From positions 19,080 through 83,079 of the forward strand of contig DYGY01000001.1 in the NCBI GenBank assembly GCA_020724425.1: a DNA stretch of 64,000 nt, read 5' to 3'. This DNA is from Thermaerobacter marianensis (GTDB lineage Bacteria > Bacillota > Sulfobacillia > DVGY01). Position numbers and translations under genes: made by a program. Every line of letters starts with the position of its first letter. Positions within the stretch are counted from its first letter, which is position 1. The notes under the pieces are model-generated. The model saw only the letters and a list, made by a program, of their open reading frames with translations, was not told the DNA's origin and ran no database searches. Of the stretch, positions 1 through 9,063 are shown in pieces.

Positions 1-537
1 GATGTAGTTTAGGTACATCTCAAGGATCTGGTCTTTGCTGTAGGTTCTTTCTAGCTGTATTGCATATAGAGCTTCCTTGATTTTTCTATCCATGGTCTGA
101 TCTAGAGTCAGAAAAGCATTTCTGGCCAGCTGTTGAGTAATTGTACTGGCACCTTGAATCGGTTTTCCCTGGAAGTTGTTATACATAGCTCCAGCTATTC
201 TGTAAAGATCTAGTCCCTTATGGCTATAGAAGCGATTATCTTCTATGGCTATAAAGGCGTTTAAGACATGGTCTGGGACATCATGAATATCGACCGGTTG
301 TCTGTTTTCCGGCCCGTGAAGTTTCATGATTTCATCTCCATTGATATCATACAGGGTCGAGGAAACCATAGGGTTAACCTCAAGGGCATCAGGTGAGGGC
401 ATATTCTTTACCGCTCCTGCCAGAAAACCCATAGCTACTCCTGTACCAATAATGAAGAAGAATAGGGTTACAAAGATAAATAGACGCAACCAGTTAAGTT
501 TTTTTCGCGTCTTCTTCTTTTCAGTTTTCTTAGTCAT
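1..537 (-). CDS. Class A penicillin-binding protein (PBP1A family); only the N-terminal transglycosylase part lies in the window
   Basis: Manual minus-strand translation from ATG at 537: basic N-terminus, TM helix, EDNRF, QGASTITQQLARN, RKIKE, KDQILEMYLNYI; GGAGG RBS upstream; not in the ORF track. Confidence 0.92.
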   Translation of the reverse strand, partial: MTKKTEKKKTRKKLNWLRLFIFVTLFFFIIGTGVAMGFLAGAVKNMPSPDALEVNPMVSSTLYDINGDEIMKLHGPENRQPVDIHDVPDHVLNAFIAIEDNRFYSHKGLDLYRIAGAMYNNFQGKPIQGASTITQQLARNAFLTLDQTMDRKIKEALYAIQLERTYSKDQILEMYLNYI

Positions 538-698
538 AATTTTGAAACCTCCATCTACAAAGAGGACTCTCTGCTAACCTAGATAATTATATCATCTAGA
601 GTAAAAAAGAAAAGTGACGATACCGTTACAATTGGTTCCACATTGGCAGGCACATTCCTTTAGAAAAATGTTGTCTAAACATGAAAAGTTAAGGTAGT

Positions 699-727
699 TT
701 GCTACAGAATTTACATCGTGCTATAAT
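699..727 (+). promoter_or_regulatory. SigA-type promoter for tyrS
   Basis: TTGCTA-17 nt-TATAAT with extended -10 TG. Confidence 0.65.
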
Positions 728-766
728 TCTGGAAAACGTACATAATCGGTTTTTGTGGGAGGGTAC

Positions 767-1969
767 ATGGTGAGTATAGCAGAACACATGGCAGTATTAA
801 AGCGGGGAGTTGTCCAAATTATCTCTGAAGAGGAATTGGAAAAGAAGTTACTTAAGGCACAAAAAGAAAGAAGACCATTGAAGGTTAAACTGGGTGCTGA
901 TCCTTCAGCACCGGATATTCATCTAGGACATACTGTTGTTTTGCGTAAGTTAAAGCAGTTTCAGGATTTGGGTCATGAGGTTATCTTCATAATTGGTGAT
1001 TTCACTGGTCAGATTGGAGATCCTTCAGGTAAGAGTGAGACTAGAAAGCAGTTAACTAAAGAAGAGGTAGCGGCTAATGCCGAAACTTATGCAAAACAGG
1101 TCTTTAAGATTCTTGATCCGGAAAAAACTGAGATTCGTTTTAACAGTGAATGGTTATCTCCTTTAAATTTTAGTGAGGTTGTTGAGTTAGCAGCTAAAGT
1201 TACTGTGGCTAGGATGCTAGAGAGAGATGATTTCTCTAAACGTTTTAGTGAAGAGCGAGCTATTAGTATTCATGAATTCTTCTATCCTTTAATGCAAGGT
1301 TATGATTCTGTCGCTTTAGACATAGATGTAGAATTAGGAGGAACTGATCAGACATTCAACTTGGTGACTGCTAGAGATATTCAGAGACAGTATGGTCAGG
1401 AACCAGAAGTTGCAGTAATTATGCCTATTCTTGAAGGTCTTGATGGTCATCAGAAGATGAGCAAGAGTTTAAATAATTATGTTGGGGTTAATGATGAACC
1501 AAAAATGATGTTTGGAAAACTGATGAGTATTCCTGATAACCTTATCGCTAAGTATTTCCGACTCCTTACCGATGTAGCTGAAATTGAGCTAGATAATATG
1601 GAAGCTAAGATGAATACTGGAGAGTTAAATCCTAGGGATGCCAAGATGAATTTGGCTAAAGAGATAATCTCCATGTATCATGATGCAGATGCTGCTTTAG
1701 CTGCAGAGAAGGAATTCATTCAAGTATTTAGCCAGGGCGGAATTCCTGAAGATATACCTATCTTTACTGTGAGCAAAGAGGAGATGACTGTCATTGAGCT
1801 TCTGAGTCTCTGTCAGCTAGTGGAGAGCAATAGTGAAGGGAAAAGGAGTATTAAGCAGGGAGCAGTGAGGATTGATGGTGAAAAGATATCTGATATCTAC
1901 GCTACTGTTATTCCTGCTACAGATATGATTGTTCAGGTAGGAAAGAGGAAGTTTGCAAAGATAGGTTAA
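767..1969 (+). CDS. tyrS: Tyrosine--tRNA ligase
   Basis: [13 protein letters not shown] (HIGH motif), KMSKS, C-terminal S4 domain; start at ATG 767 after GGGAGG. Confidence 0.97.
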   Translation: MVSIAEHMAVLKRGVVQIISEEELEKKLLKAQKERRPLKVKLGADPSAPDIHLGHTVVLRKLKQFQDLGHEVIFIIGDFTGQIGDPSGKSETRKQLTKEEVAANAETYAKQVFKILDPEKTEIRFNSEWLSPLNFSEVVELAAKVTVARMLERDDFSKRFSEERAISIHEFFYPLMQGYDSVALDIDVELGGTDQTFNLVTARDIQRQYGQEPEVAVIMPILEGLDGHQKMSKSLNNYVGVNDEPKMMFGKLMSIPDNLIAKYFRLLTDVAEIELDNMEAKMNTGELNPRDAKMNLAKEIISMYHDADAALAAEKEFIQVFSQGGIPEDIPIFTVSKEEMTVIELLSLCQLVESNSEGKRSIKQGAVRIDGEKISDIYATVIPATDMIVQVGKRKFAKIG

Positions 1970-1985
1970 CTGAGGAGGGACTGTG

Positions 1986-2648
1986 ATGGGTTCTAGAGCA
2001 CGATTAGGTGTTAGAAGGCGAATCCAGATCACTCCTTTATTATGGGTATTTCTTATCATTATCTTCTTGGTTTCTAGTTTTTTTGTGGTTGATAGGACTT
2101 TAAGTCCAACCTTAAGGGTTATTGCAACCAAGCAGACCTCAGCATATACTTTAGAGGTTCTAGAACGGAGTATTCAGCAAGAGATTGTGAACAAAGTGGA
2201 TTATAGTGACTTGATTATTTATTCTCTTGATAGTGATGGTAGGGTAGCTTTCATGCAGGCTAATACCATAGAGATTACTCGTTTATCAACCCAGACAGCT
2301 ATCGTTATTCTAGAGGACTTGAGGAAGCTAGAAGGTAGGAGTTTCACTATTCCTACAGGGCAACTATTAGGTAGTGATCTTTTAGCTAGTTATGGACCAG
2401 ATATTAAGGTGACAATGATTCCTACCGGTACTGTGGATGTACGGGTAGGGGAGAGCTTTACTGAAGCAGGTATCAATCAAACGCGGCATATGCTTTATTT
2501 AGACATTAAGGCAGAGGTTAGAGTGGTTGTACCTTTGTTTAAAGAGGATACTGTTGTGGAAACTAGGGTACCATTAACTGATTTTGTAATTGTCGGGCCT
2601 GTACCATCAATGTATGTTAAGATTGGTGATCTATCATTGGGTAGATGA
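1986..2648 (+). CDS. yunB: Sporulation protein YunB
   Basis: N-terminal TM, IPTGQLLG..GP.I.V, F..AGINQTRH, ETRVP...VIVG.VP YunB-like motifs. Confidence 0.85.
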   Translation: MGSRARLGVRRRIQITPLLWVFLIIIFLVSSFFVVDRTLSPTLRVIATKQTSAYTLEVLERSIQQEIVNKVDYSDLIIYSLDSDGRVAFMQANTIEITRLSTQTAIVILEDLRKLEGRSFTIPTGQLLGSDLLASYGPDIKVTMIPTGTVDVRVGESFTEAGINQTRHMLYLDIKAEVRVVVPLFKEDTVVETRVPLTDFVIVGPVPSMYVKIGDLSLGR

Positions 2649-2673
2649 AATATTACGAATGTAGAAATAGTTC

Positions 2674-2703
2674 TTGACGTTGGTCTTACCCGGAGAGTAT
2701 ACT
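2674..2703 (+). promoter_or_regulatory. SigA-type promoter for the leader-peptide/ABC operon
   Basis: TTGACG-18 nt-TATACT. Confidence 0.6.
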
Positions 2704-2747
2704 GAATAAAGGTTAGAAAATATTTCTTAGTTAAAGGAGGTCGTGAA

Positions 2748-2846
2748 ATGATTCGTTTACTGAATGCAGTTGTGCGTACAAGGGATATTTGTGTCCTTTT
2801 TGCAGGCAATCTAGCTATTTCGCGACCTATGGTTTTGCGTGTCTAA
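2748..2846 (+). CDS. Putative 32-aa leader peptide (MIRLLNAVVRTRDICVLFAGNLAISRPMVLRV)
   Basis: Near-perfect RBS AAAGGAGGT 6 nt before ATG; lies between the promoter and the attenuator hairpins; below the ORF-track length cutoff. Confidence 0.7.
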   Translation: MIRLLNAVVRTRDICVLFAGNLAISRPMVLRV

Positions 2847-2858
2847 CTAGAACGTAAT

Positions 2859-2959
2859 GGCCATGGGTTTTGGAAAAAACCTGTGGCCTTTTTATTTGTC
2901 TAGAACATGGAGATTCTATGTTTTTAGTCATAGGCCACAGGTCTATGACTATTTTTTTT
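2859..2959 (+). promoter_or_regulatory. Transcription attenuator (anti-antiterminator / antiterminator / intrinsic terminator)
   Basis: 13-bp hairpin 2859-2888; ACCTGTGGCCT (2879-2889) is the exact reverse complement of AGGCCACAGGT (2932-2942); 12-bp terminator stem 2925-2951 followed by T8. Confidence 0.8.
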
Positions 2960-2973
2960 GGGAGGTTAAGGAA

Positions 2974-3792
2974 ATGTGGGCTTTGGAATGTAATAATGCA
3001 GTCAAGAGTTTCTATGAAGCAGAAAACAATGGTAAACACAGTTTGTTTTCCAGGCCTAAGAAGAAGGAGATATTTGCGGTTAACCGGGTCAGTTTTCAGG
3101 TTGATAAGGGTGAGACTTTCGGAATTCTTGGTCAGAATGGCTCTGGTAAATCAACCTTGATTCGTTTAATCTCTACCCTTTTGTTGGCTGATGAGGGAGA
3201 GATTAAGGTCTTTGGTCATAATGTTCTAGATGAAAGACTTGAGGTTAGAAGGCTTATTAACAGGGTTTCTGTTGATGCAGCATTTTTCAAGAAGTTATCA
3301 GCCTGGGAGAATCTTTTGTATGCAGCAAGGTTATATGGTCTGAATGTTGAGGAGGCTAAGCAACGTAGTCTTGAGATTCTTGAACGTCTTGGTTTAGGTG
3401 CTGAGAAGTTTAACAGCCCTTTAGAGAATCTTTCAAGGGGACAACAGCAAAAGGTAGCTGTTGCTAGGGCACTTCTAACCTCACCGGTATTGCTCTTGCT
3501 GGATGAACCAACTACAGGCTTAGATCCCCGTTCCAAAAGGGATGTACAGGACTTCATTGTTGAAGTGCAAAGGGAACATGACGCGACGATACTGCTAACA
3601 AGTCATGACATGTATGAGGTAGAAAAGCTTTGTAATAGGGTAGCAATTTTGCATGAGGGCAGATTGGTTGCCATGGATACACCGGAAAACCTTAAGAGCA
3701 AATATGGAGAGACAGAGGACTCTTCTTTAGAGGATGTTTTCTTTACTCTAACTGGGATGGATTGGAAGGAGGTACTAGAGGATGTGGAGTAG
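2974..3792 (+). CDS. ABC exporter ATP-binding protein (ABC-2 / DrrA-like)
   Basis: Walker A GQNGSGKS, LSRGQ signature, LLLLDEPT, H-loop; start moved to ATG 2974 after GGGAGG. Confidence 0.93.
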   Translation: MWALECNNAVKSFYEAENNGKHSLFSRPKKKEIFAVNRVSFQVDKGETFGILGQNGSGKSTLIRLISTLLLADEGEIKVFGHNVLDERLEVRRLINRVSVDAAFFKKLSAWENLLYAARLYGLNVEEAKQRSLEILERLGLGAEKFNSPLENLSRGQQQKVAVARALLTSPVLLLLDEPTTGLDPRSKRDVQDFIVEVQREHDATILLTSHDMYEVEKLCNRVAILHEGRLVAMDTPENLKSKYGETEDSSLEDVFFTLTGMDWKEVLEDVE

Positions 3793-4591
3793 TTTGGCTT
3801 CGTTATGGCATGATACAAAAGCTAGTCTGGCTTTTGTGGAAAGGAATTTTAATCTAGTCAAGCGTTATTTTGCCTGGGAAGTGGTTTTTCTTTTCTATGC
3901 TATTGTAAATACATTGACTATTGGTCTGATTGGTGTGCGTTTGGGTCCTGAAGAGGTTCTCTATTTGGTTGTTGGGGCTCTTCTTTGGGGGTTCTTATCG
4001 GTTCTCTTTAATGAGGTAAGTCAGTCTGTTTCCTGGGAGCGCTGGGAGGGTACCATAGAGTATACCTTTATGGCTCCGGTCAGACGTATGTCCTATCTGT
4101 TAGGTGTCAGTTTTTTTGCAGTGCTTTATGGGGTCATAAAGACATCAATTCTCTTGCTTGCGGTTGCTTTCTTTTTTGAGATAGATCTATCAGGGGCTAA
4201 TTTGTGGGCTGCTCTTGTTATCCTGGTGATTTCGAGTTTTTCCTTGATTGGATTGGGATTGATTGCTGCTGTGTTGCCTTTGATGTCCCCGGAAAGAGGC
4301 CCTCAAGCTACTCATATCATTCAGGGTTTTATCCTTTTGATATCGGGTATATACTATGAGGTAACTGTGTTGCCTAGTTGGTTACAGGTGTTCTCAGCCT
4401 TTTCTCCGGCAACCTATACTCTTAGGGCTGCTAGGCAGGCTATATTAGAGGGTGCTTCTGTATGGCAACTGATGGGTGATATCCAGATTCTAATTCTCTT
4501 TGGCATTATCCTTATTCCTCTAGGCTATTGGATTTTTACTCAAGGTGAGAAGTATGCCATGAGGACAGGAAAATTAAAGAGGAATGGCTAG
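3782..4591 (+). CDS. ABC-2 type exporter permease
   Basis: About six hydrophobic segments, WERWEGTIEYTFMAP loop, overlaps the ATPase stop. Confidence 0.9.
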   Translation: MWSSLASLWHDTKASLAFVERNFNLVKRYFAWEVVFLFYAIVNTLTIGLIGVRLGPEEVLYLVVGALLWGFLSVLFNEVSQSVSWERWEGTIEYTFMAPVRRMSYLLGVSFFAVLYGVIKTSILLLAVAFFFEIDLSGANLWAALVILVISSFSLIGLGLIAAVLPLMSPERGPQATHIIQGFILLISGIYYEVTVLPSWLQVFSAFSPATYTLRAARQAILEGASVWQLMGDIQILILFGIILIPLGYWIFTQGEKYAMRTGKLKRNG

Positions 4592-4601
4592 GAGAATCCG
4601 T

Positions 4602-4991
4602 ATGACTATTCCAAAAGTGTTTTTGGATATTCTTATAGAGTATGCTAAGGATAGCAGGGAAGTCTGTGGTTTTCTTTCTGGAAAAAATGACAGAGTATTT
4701 AGTCTGTTTGTGATAACTAATATGGCAAAGAGCAGAGACCGTTTCAGGATGGCTGAAGAGGAGGTGGTCTCTGCTCTTCACTTGATGGAATCTGAAGGAG
4801 AGGATTTGTTAGCTATCTGGCATTCTCATCCGGGCGGGAGGGCAGAGCCCTCTTTAGTCGATATTAGGGAACATAGTTTTCCTGAGGCTATAGCGATTAT
4901 AGTTTCTGGTTCATCCATAGCAGGTTTTTCCTTAAAAAATGAGAAAATATTAGAAATTGACCTTGACTGGGGAGGGATTGATTGTGAGTAG
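4602..4991 (+). CDS. JAB/MPN+ (Mov34) domain metalloprotease
   Basis: E(REVCG)...WHSHP...S..D JAMM motif intact; alternative start at 4584. Confidence 0.85.
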   Translation: MTIPKVFLDILIEYAKDSREVCGFLSGKNDRVFSLFVITNMAKSRDRFRMAEEEVVSALHLMESEGEDLLAIWHSHPGGRAEPSLVDIREHSFPEAIAIIVSGSSIAGFSLKNEKILEIDLDWGGIDCE

Positions 4992-5724
4992 TGAGCAGCT
5001 TGCTCAAGCTTTAGTAGATTGGATTAAGGAAAAGAGTGCTGGTGCAAAGGGATTGGTTGTTGGATTAAGTGGGGGAGTTGATTCTGCTGTTGTAGCAGGG
5101 TTAATTAAGAGAGTAAATCCGGAGAGTTCTCTAGGGGTGATTATGCCCTGTTATTCAAACCCTCTAGATGAGGAACATGCACGTCTGGTGGCTGCAGCCT
5201 TTGATTTGGAGGTAAAGAAAGTAGATTTGGGACCAACGTTTGATCTGCTTTTAAATACAATTGATTCAGGTTTAGAAGTTTCTAAAGGGGATTTGGCTAC
5301 AGCTAATGTTAAGTCGCGTTTGCGTATGGTTACTCTGTATTTCTATGCAAACAGGTTGAACTATATGGTTGTGGGCACAGGTAACAAAAGTGAGCTAGTT
5401 GCCGGCTATTTTACTAAGTATGGGGATAGTGGTGTAGATATTTTACCTCTGGCAGATTTAGTTAAGGATGAGGTTCGGGAGCTTGCTAGATACCTAGGTG
5501 TGCCTGATGTTGTCATTGATAAGGCTCCTTCTGGGGGATTATGGCTTGGTCAGACTGATGAGGAAGAGTTAGGGGTAACTTATGCACACCTTGATGAATA
5601 TATACTCACAGGTATGACTGATTTAGAGGCTATGAATAGAATTCAGATTCTAGAGAAAAATAGTGAACATAAGCGGAGAATGCCAGCTATAGCTTATAAA
5701 AATGAGGTATATAAAAATTATTAA
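4984..5724 (+). CDS. nadE: NH3-dependent NAD+ synthetase
   Basis: GLSGGVDS, N.KSRLRM, GTGNKSE, GYFTKYGD; no glutaminase domain. Confidence 0.95.
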   Translation: MSSEQLAQALVDWIKEKSAGAKGLVVGLSGGVDSAVVAGLIKRVNPESSLGVIMPCYSNPLDEEHARLVAAAFDLEVKKVDLGPTFDLLLNTIDSGLEVSKGDLATANVKSRLRMVTLYFYANRLNYMVVGTGNKSELVAGYFTKYGDSGVDILPLADLVKDEVRELARYLGVPDVVIDKAPSGGLWLGQTDEEELGVTYAHLDEYILTGMTDLEAMNRIQILEKNSEHKRRMPAIAYKNEVYKNY

Positions 5725-5734
5725 AAATTAAGGA

Positions 5735-5772
5735 ATTTCGTAATTATGCAATATGATGTATAAATATTCAAG
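5735..5772 (+). promoter_or_regulatory. Tandem ArgR/AhrC-like ARG boxes
   Basis: ATTTCGTAATTATGCAAT and GATGTATAAATATTCAAG, 2 nt apart, resemble TGMAT-wwww-ATKCA. Confidence 0.5.
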
Positions 5773-5822
5773 CGATGGTTTAGAATATGCTTACGAAAAA
5801 TCAATATTTAGCAGAGATTTTA

Positions 5823-5854
5823 GTCCGGTTTTCATCGATTACCGGGCTTTTTTC
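5823..5854 (+). terminator. Intrinsic terminator
   Basis: GTCCGGT/ACCGGGC stem followed by a T-run. Confidence 0.6.
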
Positions 5855-5866
5855 TTCTTGAATACT

Positions 5867-5895
5867 GCAGGAAAACGTGGTAGAGTAACGAATAT
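5867..5895 (+). promoter_or_regulatory. SigH-type promoter
   Basis: GCAGGAAAA-11 nt-AACGAATAT matches RNAGGAWWW-11/12-RNNGAAT. Confidence 0.65.
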
Positions 5896-5929
5896 CACTT
5901 TTAACGATTGATTTTGAGGGGGCATAAGG

Positions 5930-6703
5930 ATGCAAAGAAAATTGCGTGTTTTGGCAGTGTTGATGGTTATTGTCATTATGGCTGTATCATTGGCTGGTTG
6001 TGGTAGCACGAAAACTGAGGGTAAGTTGGTAGTTGGTACAGAAGCCTCTTACGCACCGTTTGAGTATGTTGATGACAAGACTGGCGAGATTGTGGGTTTT
6101 GATATTGAGTTGATTAAGGCGATTGGTGAAGCGATTAACTATGAAGTCGAGATAAGGAATATCGCTTGGGATGCTCTTCCTTCAGCGTTACTTTCTAAGC
6201 AGGTTGATGTGGTTATCTCAGCGATGACTATTACTGATGAAAGAGCAAAGACTGTTTTCTTCTCTGACCCTTATATGAATGCTGGTCAGATAGTGGCGGT
6301 AAAGCAGGGATCTGATATTAAGAGTCATGAAGATTTATCAGGAAAAATTGTAGGTGTTCAGGCAAATACGACAGGGCATTATGCAATGGAGGATATGGTA
6401 GCTGAAGGTAAGTTACAGAACGTTACCATTAGACCTTATGAAACAACTCCTGATGCTTTTAATTCTTTGAGAACTGGTGTGGTTGATGCTGTTGTTGCTG
6501 ATGACCCAGTAGTCAAGGAGTATATTAAGAGCAACCCGGAAGCAAAATTGACCACTGCCGGTAGTGTCTTTACAGTTGAGTATTATGGTATGGCTATGAG
6601 GCCTGATGATTTTGAGTTGCATAAGAAGATTAATCAGGGTTTAGCTAAGGTAAAAGCTGATGGAACTTATGACAAGATATATAACAAGTATTTTGGTGAG
6701 TAA
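5930..6703 (+). CDS. Polar amino-acid ABC transporter substrate-binding lipoprotein (Arg/Gln family)
   Basis: Lipobox LAGC, GTEASYAPFE, GFDIEL, ISAMTITDER. Confidence 0.93.
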   Translation: MQRKLRVLAVLMVIVIMAVSLAGCGSTKTEGKLVVGTEASYAPFEYVDDKTGEIVGFDIELIKAIGEAINYEVEIRNIAWDALPSALLSKQVDVVISAMTITDERAKTVFFSDPYMNAGQIVAVKQGSDIKSHEDLSGKIVGVQANTTGHYAMEDMVAEGKLQNVTIRPYETTPDAFNSLRTGVVDAVVADDPVVKEYIKSNPEAKLTTAGSVFTVEYYGMAMRPDDFELHKKINQGLAKVKADGTYDKIYNKYFGE

Positions 6704-6794
6704 TTAGATACGGATTAGTGCTTACAGGTTGGGATGTAATGCGTAGTATTTTAATACTGCGCATTACTCCTCTTTGGGGAAGGAGTTGCCGGGT

Positions 6795-7466
6795 GTGTAT
6801 GATTGGCAGTGGGAGTTAATTGTTCGTTGGCTTCCGATTTTGTTTGAGGGTATGCTGAAGACCCTTGAATTAACGGTTGTATCTATTTTTCTTGGTAGTA
6901 TTATTGCTTTGTTTTTAGCTTTGGCAAGGATTTCTAAGGTGAAGATTTTCAACACTTTGGCTATCGCATATATTGAGTTTTTCAGGGGTACACCTCTTTT
7001 GGTGCAAATTCTTTTGCTTGCTTATGCTTTGCCGATGTTTTTTGACTATACCCCAAATCTATATATTGCCGGGGTTGCTGCTTTAAGTTTGAATGCTGCA
7101 GCGTATATTGCAGAAATTTTTCGGGGTGGAATTCAATCTATTGATCGCGGACAAATGGAAGCTTCTAGGTCTTTGGGTATGACCTATCGGCAGTCTATGC
7201 GATTTATTATCTGGCCCCAGGCTTTTAGAAGAATTATTCCGCCTTTAGGTAATCAGTTTGTGGCGATGCTTAAGGATTCGTCTCTTGTTTTTGCTATTGG
7301 GATTGAGGAATTGATGACTAAAGGTAGGTTGTTACAGGGTAGTACCTATAGATCTCCTGAGGTCTGGTTTACTGTGGCTTTGATATATCTGGTTTTAACA
7401 CTGACCTTCTCATATCTGGTTAATCGTTTGGAGAGGAGGTTGAGTATCAGTGATTCACGTTCGTAA
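6795..7466 (+). CDS. Polar amino-acid ABC transporter permease
   Basis: [28 protein letters not shown] (EAA loop), LKDSSL. Confidence 0.93.
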   Translation: MYDWQWELIVRWLPILFEGMLKTLELTVVSIFLGSIIALFLALARISKVKIFNTLAIAYIEFFRGTPLLVQILLLAYALPMFFDYTPNLYIAGVAALSLNAAAYIAEIFRGGIQSIDRGQMEASRSLGMTYRQSMRFIIWPQAFRRIIPPLGNQFVAMLKDSSLVFAIGIEELMTKGRLLQGSTYRSPEVWFTVALIYLVLTLTFSYLVNRLERRLSISDSRS

Positions 7467-8175
7467 TTTGCATAAGTATTTTGGGAGTTTACATGTACTA
7501 AAGGGTATTGATGTTGATATTAAACCACAGGAAGTGGTTGTTGTTATTGGTCCTAGTGGTTCAGGGAAGAGTACTTTTTTACGTTGCCTTAATCTTTTGG
7601 AAGAACCCTCTGATGGCACTATTAGGATTAATGATAAGGAGATTACTAGCAACAAGATAAATATTGATAGGGTGAGAACTGAGATTGGTATGGTTTTTCA
7701 GATGTTTAATCTATTTCCTCACCTGAATGTTATGCAGAACATTACTCTAGCTCCAAAACAAGTGAAGGGTATGAAGGATAGTGAGGCAGAGTATCTAGCT
7801 TATTCGCTTTTGAATAAGGTGGGGTTGTCTGATAAGGCAATGGCATATCCGTCTCAGTTATCAGGAGGACAGCAACAGCGGGTGGCTATTGCTAGAGCGT
7901 TAGCTATGCAGCCTAAGATTATGCTTTTTGATGAACCCACTTCTGCTTTGGATCCAGAGATGATTAAAGAGGTTCTTGATGTTATGAAGGATCTTGCTTT
8001 AGAAGGTATGACTATGGTTGTAGTTACTCATGAGATGGGTTTTGCCAAGAGTGTGGCTGATCGGGTACTCTTCATGGATGAGGGGTTAATTGTGGAGGAA
8101 GCAACTCCTGATCAGTTCTTTAGTAGTCCGAGGGAAGAGAGAGCCAAGGAGTTTCTAAGCAGAATTCTTGTTTAG
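7450..8175 (+). CDS. Polar amino-acid ABC transporter ATPase (GlnQ-like)
   Basis: [38 protein letters not shown]. Confidence 0.95.
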   Translation: MIHVRNLHKYFGSLHVLKGIDVDIKPQEVVVVIGPSGSGKSTFLRCLNLLEEPSDGTIRINDKEITSNKINIDRVRTEIGMVFQMFNLFPHLNVMQNITLAPKQVKGMKDSEAEYLAYSLLNKVGLSDKAMAYPSQLSGGQQQRVAIARALAMQPKIMLFDEPTSALDPEMIKEVLDVMKDLALEGMTMVVVTHEMGFAKSVADRVLFMDEGLIVEEATPDQFFSSPREERAKEFLSRILV

Positions 8176-8178
8176 ATT

Positions 8179-8216
8179 AAAGCGGTCAGAATTCTTCAAT
8201 GGAGATGGCCGCTTTT
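8179..8216. terminator. Bidirectional terminator between convergent genes
   Basis: AAAGCGGTCA...TGGCCGCTTTT inverted repeat. Confidence 0.6.
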
Positions 8217-8241
8217 CTGTTGCATTATATGAAGATGTAGT

Positions 8242-8979
8242 CTAAGAATACAGGCTTAAGATAAAGGCTGTAAAGAAACCTACTGCGGTTCCTAGACCCA
8301 CAATATTACCACCTTCTTCAAAGGCTTCAGGGAGCATGGTGTCAGCTACCATGGTTAGTATTGCTCCAGCTGCAAAGGAGAGAATTATGGCGGTTGTGTT
8401 GCCAGAAGCAGAAGCTAGCAAGAGATAGCCGCCTAAGGCACTAAGAGCTGATAGCATAATTATGATTAGATTGAGGACTGAGATGTACAGGGGAGAAAAT
8501 CCCTGTCGTTTCAGTCCTATTGTTGCTGAAAGGCCTTCGGGAAAATTGCTAAGAAAGATAGCTGCTAGGAGCAAGATGCTAACACCTTCTCCCACTGCAA
8601 GGCTACCACCAATAGCGGCTGATTCTGGTAGGGTATCTAGTGTTGAACCGATCATGATGGCTGTACCGGTGTTACCGGGGTTTTTTTGTTCCTCACGCCA
8701 GGAACGTTTTCTATGTCTACCACCTCTTTTGTCAATGAGGTAGTCGGCTAAACTAAAAACCATGGCACCGCTAAAAAAGCCTAGGATTGTGTTATCTATT
8801 CCCCCAGCATGGTAGGCTCGTGGCAGTAGGTCAAAGGATACGGCTCCAAGCAGAATACCTGTACCAAAGGCCATGATTGTAGCGGTAGTTTTCCTCTTTA
8901 TCGGGAGTGAAAGAGCAAGCAAGGTGCCCAATACCATTCCCAATGCCACAAGTATTCCCCACAGGGTTGCCAGAAACAC
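8242..8979 (-). CDS. ZIP family (ZupT-like) metal transporter
   Basis: MAFGTG.LL, LD.LPES..IG, AIFLSNFPEG, FAAGAIL.M.AD.M.PEAF. Confidence 0.9.
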   Translation of the reverse strand: MFLATLWGILVALGMVLGTLLALSLPIKRKTTATIMAFGTGILLGAVSFDLLPRAYHAGGIDNTILGFFSGAMVFSLADYLIDKRGGRHRKRSWREEQKNPGNTGTAIMIGSTLDTLPESAAIGGSLAVGEGVSILLLAAIFLSNFPEGLSATIGLKRQGFSPLYISVLNLIIIMLSALSALGGYLLLASASGNTTAIILSFAAGAILTMVADTMLPEAFEEGGNIVGLGTAVGFFTAFILSLYS

Positions 8980-9063
8980 TTTGTATTACCACCTTTTCTC
9001 TAACAGGGTTTTTGTAAGCTTTGTTGAATTAAGAATTTTTGTAACTACAGATGGTGGAGGATA

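Noticed and set aside
326-577. 83-aa + strand ORF in the track
   Set aside because: Antisense shadow of the pbp1A gene, which has clear transglycosylase motifs on the minus strand
2857-2973. N-terminal extension of the ABC ATPase given by the ORF track
   Set aside because: It runs through the attenuator hairpins and T-tract; a strong RBS supports ATG 2974
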